DNA of 47,499 bases from an uncultured Candidatus Saccharibacteria bacterium. Its GTDB lineage: Bacteria > Patescibacteriota > Minisyncoccia > Phycocordibacterales > CAIZLB01. Location of the stretch: contig CAZVIP010000006.1 in the NCBI GenBank assembly GCA_964627085.1, positions 1 through 47,499 on the forward strand, written 5' to 3'. Shown one piece after another: positions 1-9,247 of this stretch. The notes under the pieces are model-generated. The model ran no database searches. It was not told the origin of the DNA and worked only from the letters and a program-made list of their open reading frames with translations. The position numbers and the translations under genes were made by a program. Position 1 is the stretch's first letter; each line of letters starts with the position of its first letter.

Positions 1-267
1 ACAAAAAAAGAAAACAAAAACATCAAAAAAAGCTGAGAGAAACACCAGGGACCCAAAGTCTGAATAGGGTATTTGTGTAAAACTCACCACTTGCCGGGCC
101 TGATCGAACTGGTAAAAGGGGTTAAATCTGGTATGTGTCCCAATCGACAATCGTAACAAAAAAACTACACAATAGTAGCGTTCAGGTGTAAAGGGTTATA
201 AATGAATAATAACCTTATTTATAGCCATCTAATCCATGTTCTTTATCCACATTTAGGCCGAATTTCA

Positions 268-296
268 TTGACAAAAGGACCCCTTGGTGCTAAGAT
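268..296 (+). promoter_or_regulatory. sigma70 promoter for the lysozyme-like gene
   Basis: TTGACA (268-273), 17-nt spacer, TGc-TAAGAT extended -10 (291-296). Confidence 0.75.
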
Positions 297-420
297 TATA
301 GACGTAAACACATATTGATGTGTTTTTTAATTTGAGTGCAAGCGCATAAATTTCGGTACATGGACATGCGCATTACAAAATAAATTTCGGCTTATTTTAC
401 AACTCACTATCGGACTAGCG

Positions 421-1092
421 ATGCTTGTCTCAGGAACAATGGGTAATTCCAGTTTTGTGAAGCAAGATATTCAAAATTCAGTCGCTAATCCAACTCAGAT
501 TGTCGCTTCTGTCTCGTCAAACACCACAACAAAAGACGGGTCGGTCGCTAAGCAGTCTGTCGGTTCTTCAAAACAAAATCAGAAGATAAACAACAACATT
601 GGTGTTGAAGATGCCGTTAGGGAGTACTTCGCTGATATTCCTTTAATGGTTGAGATCTCTAAGTGTGAATCAAGGTATCGTCAGTTTGAACCAAACGGTG
701 ATATCTTCCGCGGAAAGATCAACGCTAATGACGTTGGAGCTCTTCAGATTAATGAAACATATCACCTTAAGCGTGCTCAGAAGCTGGGTTACGATGTTCA
801 TTCTTTGCAAGGTAATATGGCATATGCCAGATTGCTCTACGAAGAACAAGGACCACAGCCGTGGTCGTCATCGTATCCATGTTGGGGTAAGTCACCACTT
901 GCTGCGAACTTTAAACCAAAGTCTCGAACAGTAATTGTGACTACTTCACCAAGGGTTGAGACAGCAGTTATTTCTAATGCCGACGATGCAGCCACTTCGA
1001 CTCCGGTCAAAGTAGCACCAGAAATATCAGCAGCTCTCAATACTACATCTGCGCCAGTTTCTGGCGAAACTTCAGTTTTGGCAGAACGATAA
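421..1092 (+). CDS. Secreted lysozyme-like / lytic transglycosylase (SLT-like) domain protein with T/A/S-rich tail; true start may be slightly upstream (ATT at 394)
   Basis: ISKCES (catalytic Glu), DVGALQIN and GN...A..LY...G..PW motifs typical of the lysozyme-like superfamily. Confidence 0.75.
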   Translation: MLVSGTMGNSSFVKQDIQNSVANPTQIVASVSSNTTTKDGSVAKQSVGSSKQNQKINNNIGVEDAVREYFADIPLMVEISKCESRYRQFEPNGDIFRGKINANDVGALQINETYHLKRAQKLGYDVHSLQGNMAYARLLYEEQGPQPWSSSYPCWGKSPLAANFKPKSRTVIVTTSPRVETAVISNADDAATSTPVKVAPEISAALNTTSAPVSGETSVLAER

Positions 1093-1100
1093 TTCTAATT

Positions 1101-1138
1101 AACAAAACCACCCTCGTAAAACAGGGTGGTTTTGTTTT
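1101..1138 (+). terminator. Intrinsic terminator (possibly bidirectional)
   Basis: 14-bp inverted repeat aacaaaaccaccct / agggtggttttgtt with T-rich tail just after the stop at 1092. Confidence 0.8.
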
Positions 1139-1172
1139 GGGTGTATTTTTGATATGTAGCATATGTGTAGTA

Positions 1173-1201
1173 TTTACATAAATGCATATATATTGTATAG
1201 T
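1173..1201 (+). promoter_or_regulatory. sigma70 promoter for the structured leader and ABC gene
   Basis: TTTACA (1173-1178), 17-nt spacer, TATAGT (1196-1201). Confidence 0.65.
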
Positions 1202-1219
1202 CAGGGCGGAAAAATCTAT

Positions 1220-1401
1220 CACTGAGTCAGGTCATTGGCCGGGCTCAGTGCTGATGTAAGTAAAACCATGCTCTGGGGCTAGACTAGAGGCTAGGAACAG
1301 GTGAAAGGGTGGGGTGTGTAATACATTCCGCCTTACGCCGTCTAGGATTATAGTATTGCTCCAAAGTATTGGAGAGGGGTTCACCTCCCGACTTAGTTCC
1401 T
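1220..1401 (+). ncRNA. Unassigned structured RNA / 5' leader
   Basis: GC-rich island with several stems rich in G-U pairs, a closing helix aggaac/gttcct and a possible pseudoknot; no family recognised. Confidence 0.45.
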
Positions 1402-1520
1402 CACTTTTCGCTCATTGAAATAAATCTCAATAAAATCTCAAACAAACTCAAGTCGCTCCAAACAATTGGCTGTGCTTGTAAAAACTCAAAACAAACAATA
1501 AAAAGAAAGGGAAAAAGAAA

Positions 1521-3482
1521 ATGAAAAAAATTGTCGGCACACTCTCAAAAATGGGAGGTGCGATTTCAATTTTGTGGACCTCAACCAAATCGGTCTACCA
1601 AATCTGTATGAGGGCGACAAAGGGGCAAACAATTGCTTTGATGTTATTCTCACTCGGATCCGCATTCTTCTTGGCTTGGGTATCTTGGGTAAACGCCCAG
1701 GTTGTCACAAGCGCAAGTGCACACATCTCCAATGAAAATTTTGGATTTAGTGATAGTCAGAGCAGTGGTTTACTCGATATTCTGCAAAAGTTAATGAGAG
1801 TAAACCTACTTTCACTGGCTGTTGCATATGGAATATTAGCAAGTGCGAATGCTTTCGTTGGTCTGTTTCAGTATTTAATAACAAGTAGTTGGGGCACAAA
1901 GATGCGCCATGAGGTAGATGCAATGCTTCGCCAACAGCGAACAAGGCTCGACATTGGATGTCTCCATTCTGCAAAGTATGAGGATATGAAGATTAGGATT
2001 CAAGAGCAAGCACATGGGTGGGGTGCAATTACTGATTACGCAAATCTTTTGGCGCAACTTGCTGGAAAATTTGCTAATCTGATCATCTTTGGTCTCGGTC
2101 TATTCTACTTTAATCCTTCCTATGCTGGAATACTTTTTATTGGAATTCTCCCACGTGCAATCAGTGAGTTCTACTGGAATAGTCGGTTTTGGAAATTCAA
2201 TGATGACGAAATGGTCTACACAAAGCGCAGAGGTGTCTTTGCGCAGCTTTTTTTCATGGTCATCTCATTGCATGAATTAAAGCTCTTTGGTAAAGCCGAG
2301 GTTGCCGATAGAGCAATCCGCAGAAACCAGAGGGACCAAATTGTCCGAAAAGAAAAGTTGGTTCGCGGAGATTTCATTTCATCAACGGTAACTGAATTCA
2401 TTTCGGCAATAACTCTGGTTCTAGTTGTGATTCAAGCAATCTATACTGCAGTCTTGAAAAGAGATGTGGCACTGCTCATCATCACACTTGATTTTTCAGT
2501 TCGATTTGCTGCAAACTTGAAGCAGATCTTACTTGAATTTTCTAGTGTGTGGAATGCGGCTCGCTCCGTCAACGTCATTACTGGTGAGTTTTTTGGTCTC
2601 GAACCACTCATTCCGCAGACCGGAAACCCTGTCCTGGATGGATTTAAACGAATCTCATTTAGGGACCTGAAGTTTCGATATCCAGACACGGAAAACCTTG
2701 TGTTAAATGGTGTGAATCTCGATATACCTGTTGGTGCAAAACTTGCACTGGTTGGAGAGAGTGGTGGTGGTAAGAGCACAATCGCATTGCTCCTAGCAAG
2801 GCAGTATGATCCGATACGTGAGGGTGATGACGATAAGAGTGGGGTATTCTTAGATGATATTCCGCTTACTTCTATTCATCCTCAAGACTGGTTTAATCAC
2901 TGTCTCTGCATGGGGCAAGACTATGCAATCCCGCACGTCACAATCCTTGAAGCCATTTGCTATGGCATATGGAACCACGACGACGATGCACCTATTCCTG
3001 CTGACAAGCACGGAATTTGCCTTGGTCTTCAGGGTGTTGATATGGATGCAGTTCGACGTGCATGCAAGCGTGCGAATATTCTACATGTCATCGAGTCAAA
3101 GACGAAAGGATTTGATACGGTTATAGGAACAGAATATGGCGGTGTAGACTTCTCGAAAGGGGAGAAACAACGCATAGCTCTTGCTGCTCGACTTTTTGCT
3201 GAGCGCCCGTTCATGGTTTTTGATGAACCAGACGCGGCACTCGATCCAAAAAGCAAGGAGTTGGTTGTTCGAGGCATCCTCGACACAAATTCAACTGTCG
3301 TTCTTGTAATTCACAACCTTCGAGCCTGCGAGCTTTGCGACCTTGTCGCATTTGTCAAAGACGGAAAAGTTGTTGAGTTTGGCAGTCACAGAGATCTACT
3401 AGCAAAAGGCGGTCTATATGCAGAAATGTATAACTACCAAGTTGTGACAACGGGTCAGGGACCCAGCATTATTGCTGAGTAA
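1521..3482 (+). CDS. ABC exporter, fused TMD-NBD half transporter (MsbA/multidrug-like)
   Basis: N-terminal TM helices; Walker A GESGGGKST, signature FSKGEKQR, Walker B FMVFDEP, H-loop VIHNL. Confidence 0.9.
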   Translation: MKKIVGTLSKMGGAISILWTSTKSVYQICMRATKGQTIALMLFSLGSAFFLAWVSWVNAQVVTSASAHISNENFGFSDSQSSGLLDILQKLMRVNLLSLAVAYGILASANAFVGLFQYLITSSWGTKMRHEVDAMLRQQRTRLDIGCLHSAKYEDMKIRIQEQAHGWGAITDYANLLAQLAGKFANLIIFGLGLFYFNPSYAGILFIGILPRAISEFYWNSRFWKFNDDEMVYTKRRGVFAQLFFMVISLHELKLFGKAEVADRAIRRNQRDQIVRKEKLVRGDFISSTVTEFISAITLVLVVIQAIYTAVLKRDVALLIITLDFSVRFAANLKQILLEFSSVWNAARSVNVITGEFFGLEPLIPQTGNPVLDGFKRISFRDLKFRYPDTENLVLNGVNLDIPVGAKLALVGESGGGKSTIALLLARQYDPIREGDDDKSGVFLDDIPLTSIHPQDWFNHCLCMGQDYAIPHVTILEAICYGIWNHDDDAPIPADKHGICLGLQGVDMDAVRRACKRANILHVIESKTKGFDTVIGTEYGGVDFSKGEKQRIALAARLFAERPFMVFDEPDAALDPKSKELVVRGILDTNSTVVLVIHNLRACELCDLVAFVKDGKVVEFGSHRDLLAKGGLYAEMYNYQVVTTGQGPSIIAE

Positions 3483-3540
3483 GTGAACAAATAGGTAATC
3501 CAAGGGAAGTGTAAACCCAAAGATAAGCCATCAAATAAAC

Positions 3541-3587
3541 AGTCCGCGCCAGAGTAGAAATACTTTGTGCGCGGATTTATTTTTTTT
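3541..3587 (+). terminator. Intrinsic terminator
   Basis: agtccgcgc-cagagta-gaaa-tactttg-t-gcgcggatt hairpin followed by a T run. Confidence 0.8.
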
Positions 3588-4037
3588 AAAATATAAATAA
3601 ATCAGCAATTGATTAATCTATGACTGATAAGATTCAATAATTCATTTGGATTTAAATCACAGAAAGAGGATGGAACAAAAACTGAAACTCTTGAGACGAT
3701 TCGTATCTTAAGGGAACAAAAGGGCTCTCTACTATACATGTCGCACAATATATCTTTTGCGACAGTCTATATAGGCAAATAGGGCCTGTGTGGCTGTTTG
3801 AGCTTAGCTGGCCTTGGCTGATATTGTCTCTCAGTAGTCCATTGCGGCTAAGAATTCTATTGTTATTATTGTTTTTATTGTTGTTTGTTAGCCAGGTTCT
3901 TAAGCTTTGGCTTGTACAGATTCTTTACCTTAACTAACTAGTTGTCAGATTGAATTCATAAATATTTGAACAAATTTAACAAAAAAGACGTCATATTTTG
4001 ACGTCTAAGCGATTTGAATTTTTGGGTTGGTAGTTTG

Positions 4038-4280
4038 CTAAGCCTTGATAAAGAAGTTAAAAATTTGTTTGAGGTCTACAGTGACCTGTGCGAGCATGTC
4101 TTTGACATAGATGGCGAATTCTTTGACTGCGGGCTTATTTAGGATTGTAACGACGTCTATGCCTGCAACTCTTAAAAAGATAAGCCCAAGGATGATGATA
4201 AGAATAATCTGGATAAAGCCATTTTTCTTTTTCTCAGGTTTTTTATCGTCTTTGTTGTGTTGGTTATGTTTAGTTTGCAT
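4038..4280 (-). CDS. Small single-pass membrane protein
   Basis: Basic N-terminus then hydrophobic GFIQIILIIILGLIFL; overlaps the asnB stop (translational coupling). Confidence 0.7.
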   Translation of the reverse strand: MQTKHNQHNKDDKKPEKKKNGFIQIILIIILGLIFLRVAGIDVVTILNKPAVKEFAIYVKDMLAQVTVDLKQIFNFFIKA

Positions 4281-6309
4281 GTTGAGTGCTTTTGGTTTGA
4301 TCTATAAATTGATTATACCATAGCGCCAACATCAACAAGAGATAAATCTTTCTGGCATGGTCGGCTTTGCCTGATAAGTGCTCAGTGAGTAAGGTTTCGA
4401 TATACCCTGTATTAAAGTTTTCTTGAATATATGGGTTAATGCGAATAAGTCGCATTACGTCCTCTGGTCTCTTCTTGAGCCAGTGTTTGATTGGTGTTGG
4501 AAATCCGAGTTTCTTTCGATTTGCTGTTGTTTGTGGAAGTATGCTCTCGAATGCTTTTCTGAGGATATACTTTGTATTCCCTTCTTTGTACTTGAGGTTA
4601 TCTGGTATTGTCATTGAAAGCTCCGCTACTTCCCTGTCCAGGTATGGTACACGTAATTCAAGTGAGTGAGCCATCGTCATTTTGTCTGCTTTGGCCAAAA
4701 TATCTCCAGGTAACCAGTAATTCATATCAACTAACTGCATCTTTCTTGATTCAGGTAAATCAGCAAATCCCTTTATTTTTGATTCTAAAACAAGGCCTGG
4801 TAAGACCGCGGCTGTCGCTGATGCAACTGTCGTAGGATTGTCAGTTGTATTACTTGCAATATCTTTTTGCCAGAGTTTCTTCGCCTCATCTGGTTTGAAG
4901 ATGTAGGCATTGCCGATATATCTGTGGTTGAAATCTGTGAGTGCGCGTCTAAGATAATTTTTTCCAAAGAAGTTAAATGGAAGTTTTGTGAGTGGTTTTA
5001 TGATTCCTGTTTTGATAAAGCCTGGGAGCATGCTAACAGTGTGAAGTGCAAAAGGTTCTCGGTAGATATTGTAACCACCAAAAAGCTCGTCTGCACCTTC
5101 ACCAGATAAGACTACTTTGACATGTTTTCTGGCCTCTTTGGCCAAAAAATAAAGCGCTACAGCCGACGGATCAGCTACAGGTTCATCGAAATGCCATGCA
5201 ATTTTTGGGAGCTCATCGAAGTATTCATCAAATGAAACTTTGATTTCGTGGTGGTCGGTACCAAGAGTGTCTGATACTTCACGTGCCGCTGTGTGCTCAC
5301 TTACTTCTTCGAAGCCGATGGTAAAAGTTTTGACTGGATCGAGACCGAGTCTTTGTCGCTCTTGTTGCATGAGGGTTACAGTGATGGCACTATCGATACC
5401 ACCTGACAAAAATGCTCCGACTGGCACATCACTAATCATGTGATGTGCAACAGAATCTTTTACTGTTTCTTTGATATTTGTTTTGAAAAATAATTCTATA
5501 TCCTCGGCACTGTCAATATTGTCTTGAGTTCCTGCTGATACATCAATTGATGTGATGGTATTTGCTGTGGTAGCACTCACCGCTGTCTCTGCAGTGATTT
5601 TATCTTTGAATTCATATGTCCAGTAAGAATTGATGGTAAACTCTTGAGTCTTTGTATCAACTACCATGTATGAACCTGGGTCTAGTTTAAAAATATCCTT
5701 GAAGCAAGTTTCGTTTAGTGGATTGAATTGAAATGCGAGATAGTTTTGTATTGCTTCATTGTTGACCTTTGGTGTATAGGCGGGGTCTTTGAGGAGGCTT
5801 TTTATTTCTGATCCAAAAGCCACAATTTTTTTTGCTGTGCCTTCCTGCGTAATTGCGTGGTAATATATTGGCTTAATTCCGAAATAATCCCTTGCGATGA
5901 GCATATTGCCATTTGTTTTGTCATAGATTGCAAAACCAAACATGCCTCGTAATTTTGTGAGCATGTCCGGGATTGATTTTTTGCCATATTCCTCGTAGAG
6001 GTGGACGATGGTTTCGGTGTCGCTCTTTGTCTTGAATGTGTGGCCTTTTTCTACAAGATCTTCATATAATTCTAGATAATTATAAATTTCACCATTAAAA
6101 ACAATGACAACAGTTTCGTCTTCATTCCAGATCGGCTGATGTCCACCAGATAAATCGATGATGGAAAGTCTACGCATGCCATAAGAAAAGTCTTGTTCTG
6201 TGAGTGTACCTTGATCATCTGGACCGCGATGAATGATTTCAGCAAGCATCTTTTCGATTGCTGATTTTGTCATTTCTTCTTTTCCGAAAATTCCTGCAAT
6301 TCCACACAT
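4270..6309 (-). CDS. asnB: Asparagine synthase (glutamine-hydrolysing) family amidotransferase
   Basis: MCGIAG Ntn nucleophile, HRGPD, RRLSIID, FNGEIYN, LSGGIDS, SGEGADELFGGY, SLELRVPYLD. Confidence 0.95.
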   Translation of the reverse strand: MCGIAGIFGKEEMTKSAIEKMLAEIIHRGPDDQGTLTEQDFSYGMRRLSIIDLSGGHQPIWNEDETVVIVFNGEIYNYLELYEDLVEKGHTFKTKSDTETIVHLYEEYGKKSIPDMLTKLRGMFGFAIYDKTNGNMLIARDYFGIKPIYYHAITQEGTAKKIVAFGSEIKSLLKDPAYTPKVNNEAIQNYLAFQFNPLNETCFKDIFKLDPGSYMVVDTKTQEFTINSYWTYEFKDKITAETAVSATTANTITSIDVSAGTQDNIDSAEDIELFFKTNIKETVKDSVAHHMISDVPVGAFLSGGIDSAITVTLMQQERQRLGLDPVKTFTIGFEEVSEHTAAREVSDTLGTDHHEIKVSFDEYFDELPKIAWHFDEPVADPSAVALYFLAKEARKHVKVVLSGEGADELFGGYNIYREPFALHTVSMLPGFIKTGIIKPLTKLPFNFFGKNYLRRALTDFNHRYIGNAYIFKPDEAKKLWQKDIASNTTDNPTTVASATAAVLPGLVLESKIKGFADLPESRKMQLVDMNYWLPGDILAKADKMTMAHSLELRVPYLDREVAELSMTIPDNLKYKEGNTKYILRKAFESILPQTTANRKKLGFPTPIKHWLKKRPEDVMRLIRINPYIQENFNTGYIETLLTEHLSGKADHARKIYLLLMLALWYNQFIDQTKSTQHAN

Positions 6310-6429
6310 GGTTGTTGTTTGTTAATTAATGAATAATGTATCTGTTGCTCTTTGTCCCAAATAAAATCTCACCAACTCATCAGCTCGCAGACTTGCAAAC
6401 TTCGCAAGAATGTCTAGACTGCCTTGGGT

Positions 6430-7776
6430 CTATATTGTTGGTAAGTATACCATAGGGTCAAGGTAGGCCTCGATAGGTGCGATTGGCATTCTATATACCT
6501 TGCCATTACAGCTCACACTTGGCCTGTTCTGGACCTCGACTGCATTTGAGGCATATACGCCGAAATGGAGGTGTGGACCAGTTGAATAGCCTGTGTTTCC
6601 ACTATAACCAATTGTTTGCCCTGTGGTCACTGTATCCCCTTCAGAGACGCTGATAACAGATAAATGGGCATATATAGTAGCGAGGCCATTTGAGTGTTTA
6701 ATCATAATCCAGCGACCAAATGATGCCCCTTTACAGGTCAAATCAGTGTCACCGGCTCCTATAACTGTACCGCTGAGTGCTGCTTTGACTTTGGTTCCTA
6801 GACTTGCGCCGAAGTCCACGCCGTTATGTGAGCCTGAGACATAGAGTCTTTTTGCAGCAACTGTCTTGCCGAATCTTTGTGTGATACGAACATTATCAAG
6901 TGGCCATGACAAAACTGCAGAGCCATCCTTTGGGATGCTTTTTGGATCGAGCGTATACTTGAGAGCTGATTCATAGGCAAAGAGTTCCTTTTCAAATGAT
7001 GCCTTGAGAGCTGTTTTGTCTGCGACGAGTTGCTGATATGTCTTCTCTTGGTTTTTTGTTTCTGCGAGAACTTTACTTCGCTCGCTCTTGTTGTATTCAA
7101 CGACTTTCTTTTTGTCGTTCAGTTCGGTTTGGAATTGGCTGAGCTCGGTCTTTTTTGTTTCTTTTTGTTGTTTTGCTGATTCGAGATCTTTCTTTTCCTG
7201 CCTTAGGTTTGAGAGTTGTTCTTGGATTTTTTCATTAAAAGATGTTCGGTCATTAATCTCAACTAGTGTGTCGGAGAGGTTCTTTTTTGCAAGCACAGCT
7301 TGGATGAAATTCACATCTTCCATCCCATTAATTTCTCGGAGGTTTATAAGGATTGAGTTTTTGAATTCAGAAACTTTTTGTTCTGTGGTTTTGATTGTTT
7401 GACCAATTTGAGTGATTTCGAGACTGGCTCTTTCGATTTGGGTTTTTGTTTTTTTGATATCGAGATCGAGAACTTTGGCATTTTTGTCGAGCTCCTTGAT
7501 GAGTGATTGAAGTGATTTTGCTTCGGCTGTGGTTTTGTCCTTGAGTTCTGAATATGCTTGAATCTCGCGATTGAGTGCCTCAATGTTTTTTGATTGCTGC
7601 TCGATTTTTTGTCTGAGCTCCTCGGCGGTTGCTGTGGTGTTTAGAGTTGCAGTCTGTGCAGCTACCTGTGCTTCAGCAATTTTTTGGCCAACAAAAAAGT
7701 GTATGAAAAATGCTTGAGCGATGAGTGCAAATGAGCAAAAAATAAATAAAACTGAGGATTTTTTATAACCTTGCAT
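6430..7776 (-). CDS. Coiled-coil M23 family peptidoglycan endopeptidase
   Basis: Signal/TM segment, long coiled coil, HNGVD and GYSGNTGYSTGPHLHF zinc motifs. Confidence 0.9.
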   Translation of the reverse strand: MQGYKKSSVLFIFCSFALIAQAFFIHFFVGQKIAEAQVAAQTATLNTTATAEELRQKIEQQSKNIEALNREIQAYSELKDKTTAEAKSLQSLIKELDKNAKVLDLDIKKTKTQIERASLEITQIGQTIKTTEQKVSEFKNSILINLREINGMEDVNFIQAVLAKKNLSDTLVEINDRTSFNEKIQEQLSNLRQEKKDLESAKQQKETKKTELSQFQTELNDKKKVVEYNKSERSKVLAETKNQEKTYQQLVADKTALKASFEKELFAYESALKYTLDPKSIPKDGSAVLSWPLDNVRITQRFGKTVAAKRLYVSGSHNGVDFGASLGTKVKAALSGTVIGAGDTDLTCKGASFGRWIMIKHSNGLATIYAHLSVISVSEGDTVTTGQTIGYSGNTGYSTGPHLHFGVYASNAVEVQNRPSVSCNGKVYRMPIAPIEAYLDPMVYLPTI

Positions 7777-7788
7777 TACCTGTCTATT

Positions 7789-9207
7789 CTACAGTATTTC
7801 GATGACATTCGTAAGTCTCTGGAGTGCGTCTTCTTTACCAATTATTTCGGCTATGCTAAATGGATCTGGAGATTTCTCTTTGCCAGAAAGAGCTACACGC
7901 ATAGGCCAAAGGACCACTCCTCTACCCTCATGTTCTGCGAAGGGCCATAAAGTATCTTTGATAATTTGTTGTGTCCAGTTAGCTTCATCGATACTGATAA
8001 GGATTTCTCGGACCTGCGACAAAATGTTTTTTGTTGTTTCTGCTGTAACTGTGATTTTTTCACCTTGGCCGTTTTTGGACATTTTTTCACTACAAATAAG
8101 TACTTGTACATTTTCGGCATTAAATTTTGGTGCAGAAAAGATAAAATCAATTTCATCATTTTCTATAATAGTTTTTAATTCACCAAAATAATTGATTCTG
8201 TCTCTTGTGATTCCGATTAGCTTGTCGATATCAATTGAATTTATTTTCTCCTGTGAACGTGCGTCAAAATAACTCTCAACATATTTAAGAAGCTCAGTCT
8301 TGTATTCATCTGCAGAGAGCTTGTTTAAATGCTCTTTGTTAATGTGATTTAATTTGTCGCCATAGAAAATAGCAGGATGATGTTGTACTTTTTGCAAAGA
8401 GAAAGCCTCAATAAGTTCATCTTTTGAAAAGATTTCCTGATCTGTGCCAGGGTTCCAACCAAGTAGTGAAATGGCGTTTAGGAGTGCGTCGGGTGCATAG
8501 CCTTTCTCAATGTATTCACGCACTGGGACCGCACCGTTTCTTTTGCCAAGCTTCTTTTTATTTTCACCTAGGATTGTTGGGAAATGGCCATACTGTGGCA
8601 CATTGGCGCCAAGTGCTTCGAGAATGATAATTTGTCTCGGTGTTGATGTGACATGGTCTTCTCCACGAAGTACATGTGTGATATTCATGAGCCAGTCATC
8701 AACAACTACTGCAAAGTGATACAGAGGATCATTGATTGATCTTGCAATAATAAAATCACTATTCCCTTTGTCGTCTTTGAATGAATGTGAAGAAATTTTT
8801 GTTGTGCCTTTAATCAAATCTTCCCAAATAATATTTCTCTCGGTGTTTTTGATTCTGATAATTTTTCCAGTACCAGCTTGGTTTTCCTCAGCTTCATATA
8901 CTTTACCCTCGTCCAATAGTCGTTTGAGCTCTTTTTTATAAATTTCACCCCGTGCAGACTGATAGTAAGGACCTTCATCGAAATGGAGTCCGAGTTTATT
9001 CAAAATTTCTATCTGAGCTAAATCAGCACCTGGCTTATTTCGTGCTGTGTCAGTGTCCTCAAATCGAAGCACAATCTCACCGCCTATTTTCTTGGTAAAT
9101 AAGTAGTTAAAGACAAAGGTTCGGACATTACCAAAATGCCACTCCCCTGTAGGAGATGGAGGAAAGCGCACCTTTATTTTCTGGTTTTTTGCTGGTGTAT
9201 CTGACAT
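7789..9207 (-). CDS. gltX: Glutamate--tRNA ligase
   Basis: RFPPSPTG, HFGN (HIGH-like), LRFEDTD, ITHVLRGEDH, KLGKR (KMSKS-like). Confidence 0.95.
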   Translation of the reverse strand: MSDTPAKNQKIKVRFPPSPTGEWHFGNVRTFVFNYLFTKKIGGEIVLRFEDTDTARNKPGADLAQIEILNKLGLHFDEGPYYQSARGEIYKKELKRLLDEGKVYEAEENQAGTGKIIRIKNTERNIIWEDLIKGTTKISSHSFKDDKGNSDFIIARSINDPLYHFAVVVDDWLMNITHVLRGEDHVTSTPRQIIILEALGANVPQYGHFPTILGENKKKLGKRNGAVPVREYIEKGYAPDALLNAISLLGWNPGTDQEIFSKDELIEAFSLQKVQHHPAIFYGDKLNHINKEHLNKLSADEYKTELLKYVESYFDARSQEKINSIDIDKLIGITRDRINYFGELKTIIENDEIDFIFSAPKFNAENVQVLICSEKMSKNGQGEKITVTAETTKNILSQVREILISIDEANWTQQIIKDTLWPFAEHEGRGVVLWPMRVALSGKEKSPDPFSIAEIIGKEDALQRLTNVIEIL

Positions 9208-9247
9208 ATATATTGGATAGGATTATAGCAAAATAGCCTTAAAATCG

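Noticed and set aside
1-67. 3' end of an upstream + strand gene
   Set aside because: Two frames give Lys-rich tails (stops at 34-36 and 65-67); cannot choose between them or assign a product.
243-251. Perfect DnaA box TTATCCACA as a sign of oriC
   Set aside because: Single box with no cluster and no dnaA/dnaN nearby; the same 9-mer occurs inside coding regions (near 13747 and 31011).
1251-1336. Hammerhead ribozyme (CUGAUG...GAAA-stem-UA)
   Set aside because: Core reads CUGAUGU rather than CUGANGA, and stems I and II cannot be formed convincingly.
3152-3172. Inactive ABC ATPase because the signature is FSKGE
   Set aside because: The key Ser and fourth-position Gly, Walker A Lys, catalytic Glu and switch His are all present.
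3624-3783. Short coding-like frame (FGFKSQKEDGTKTETLETIRILREQ...)
   Set aside because: About 53 codons, only a CTG start and no recognisable motif; possibly a remnant but unsupported.
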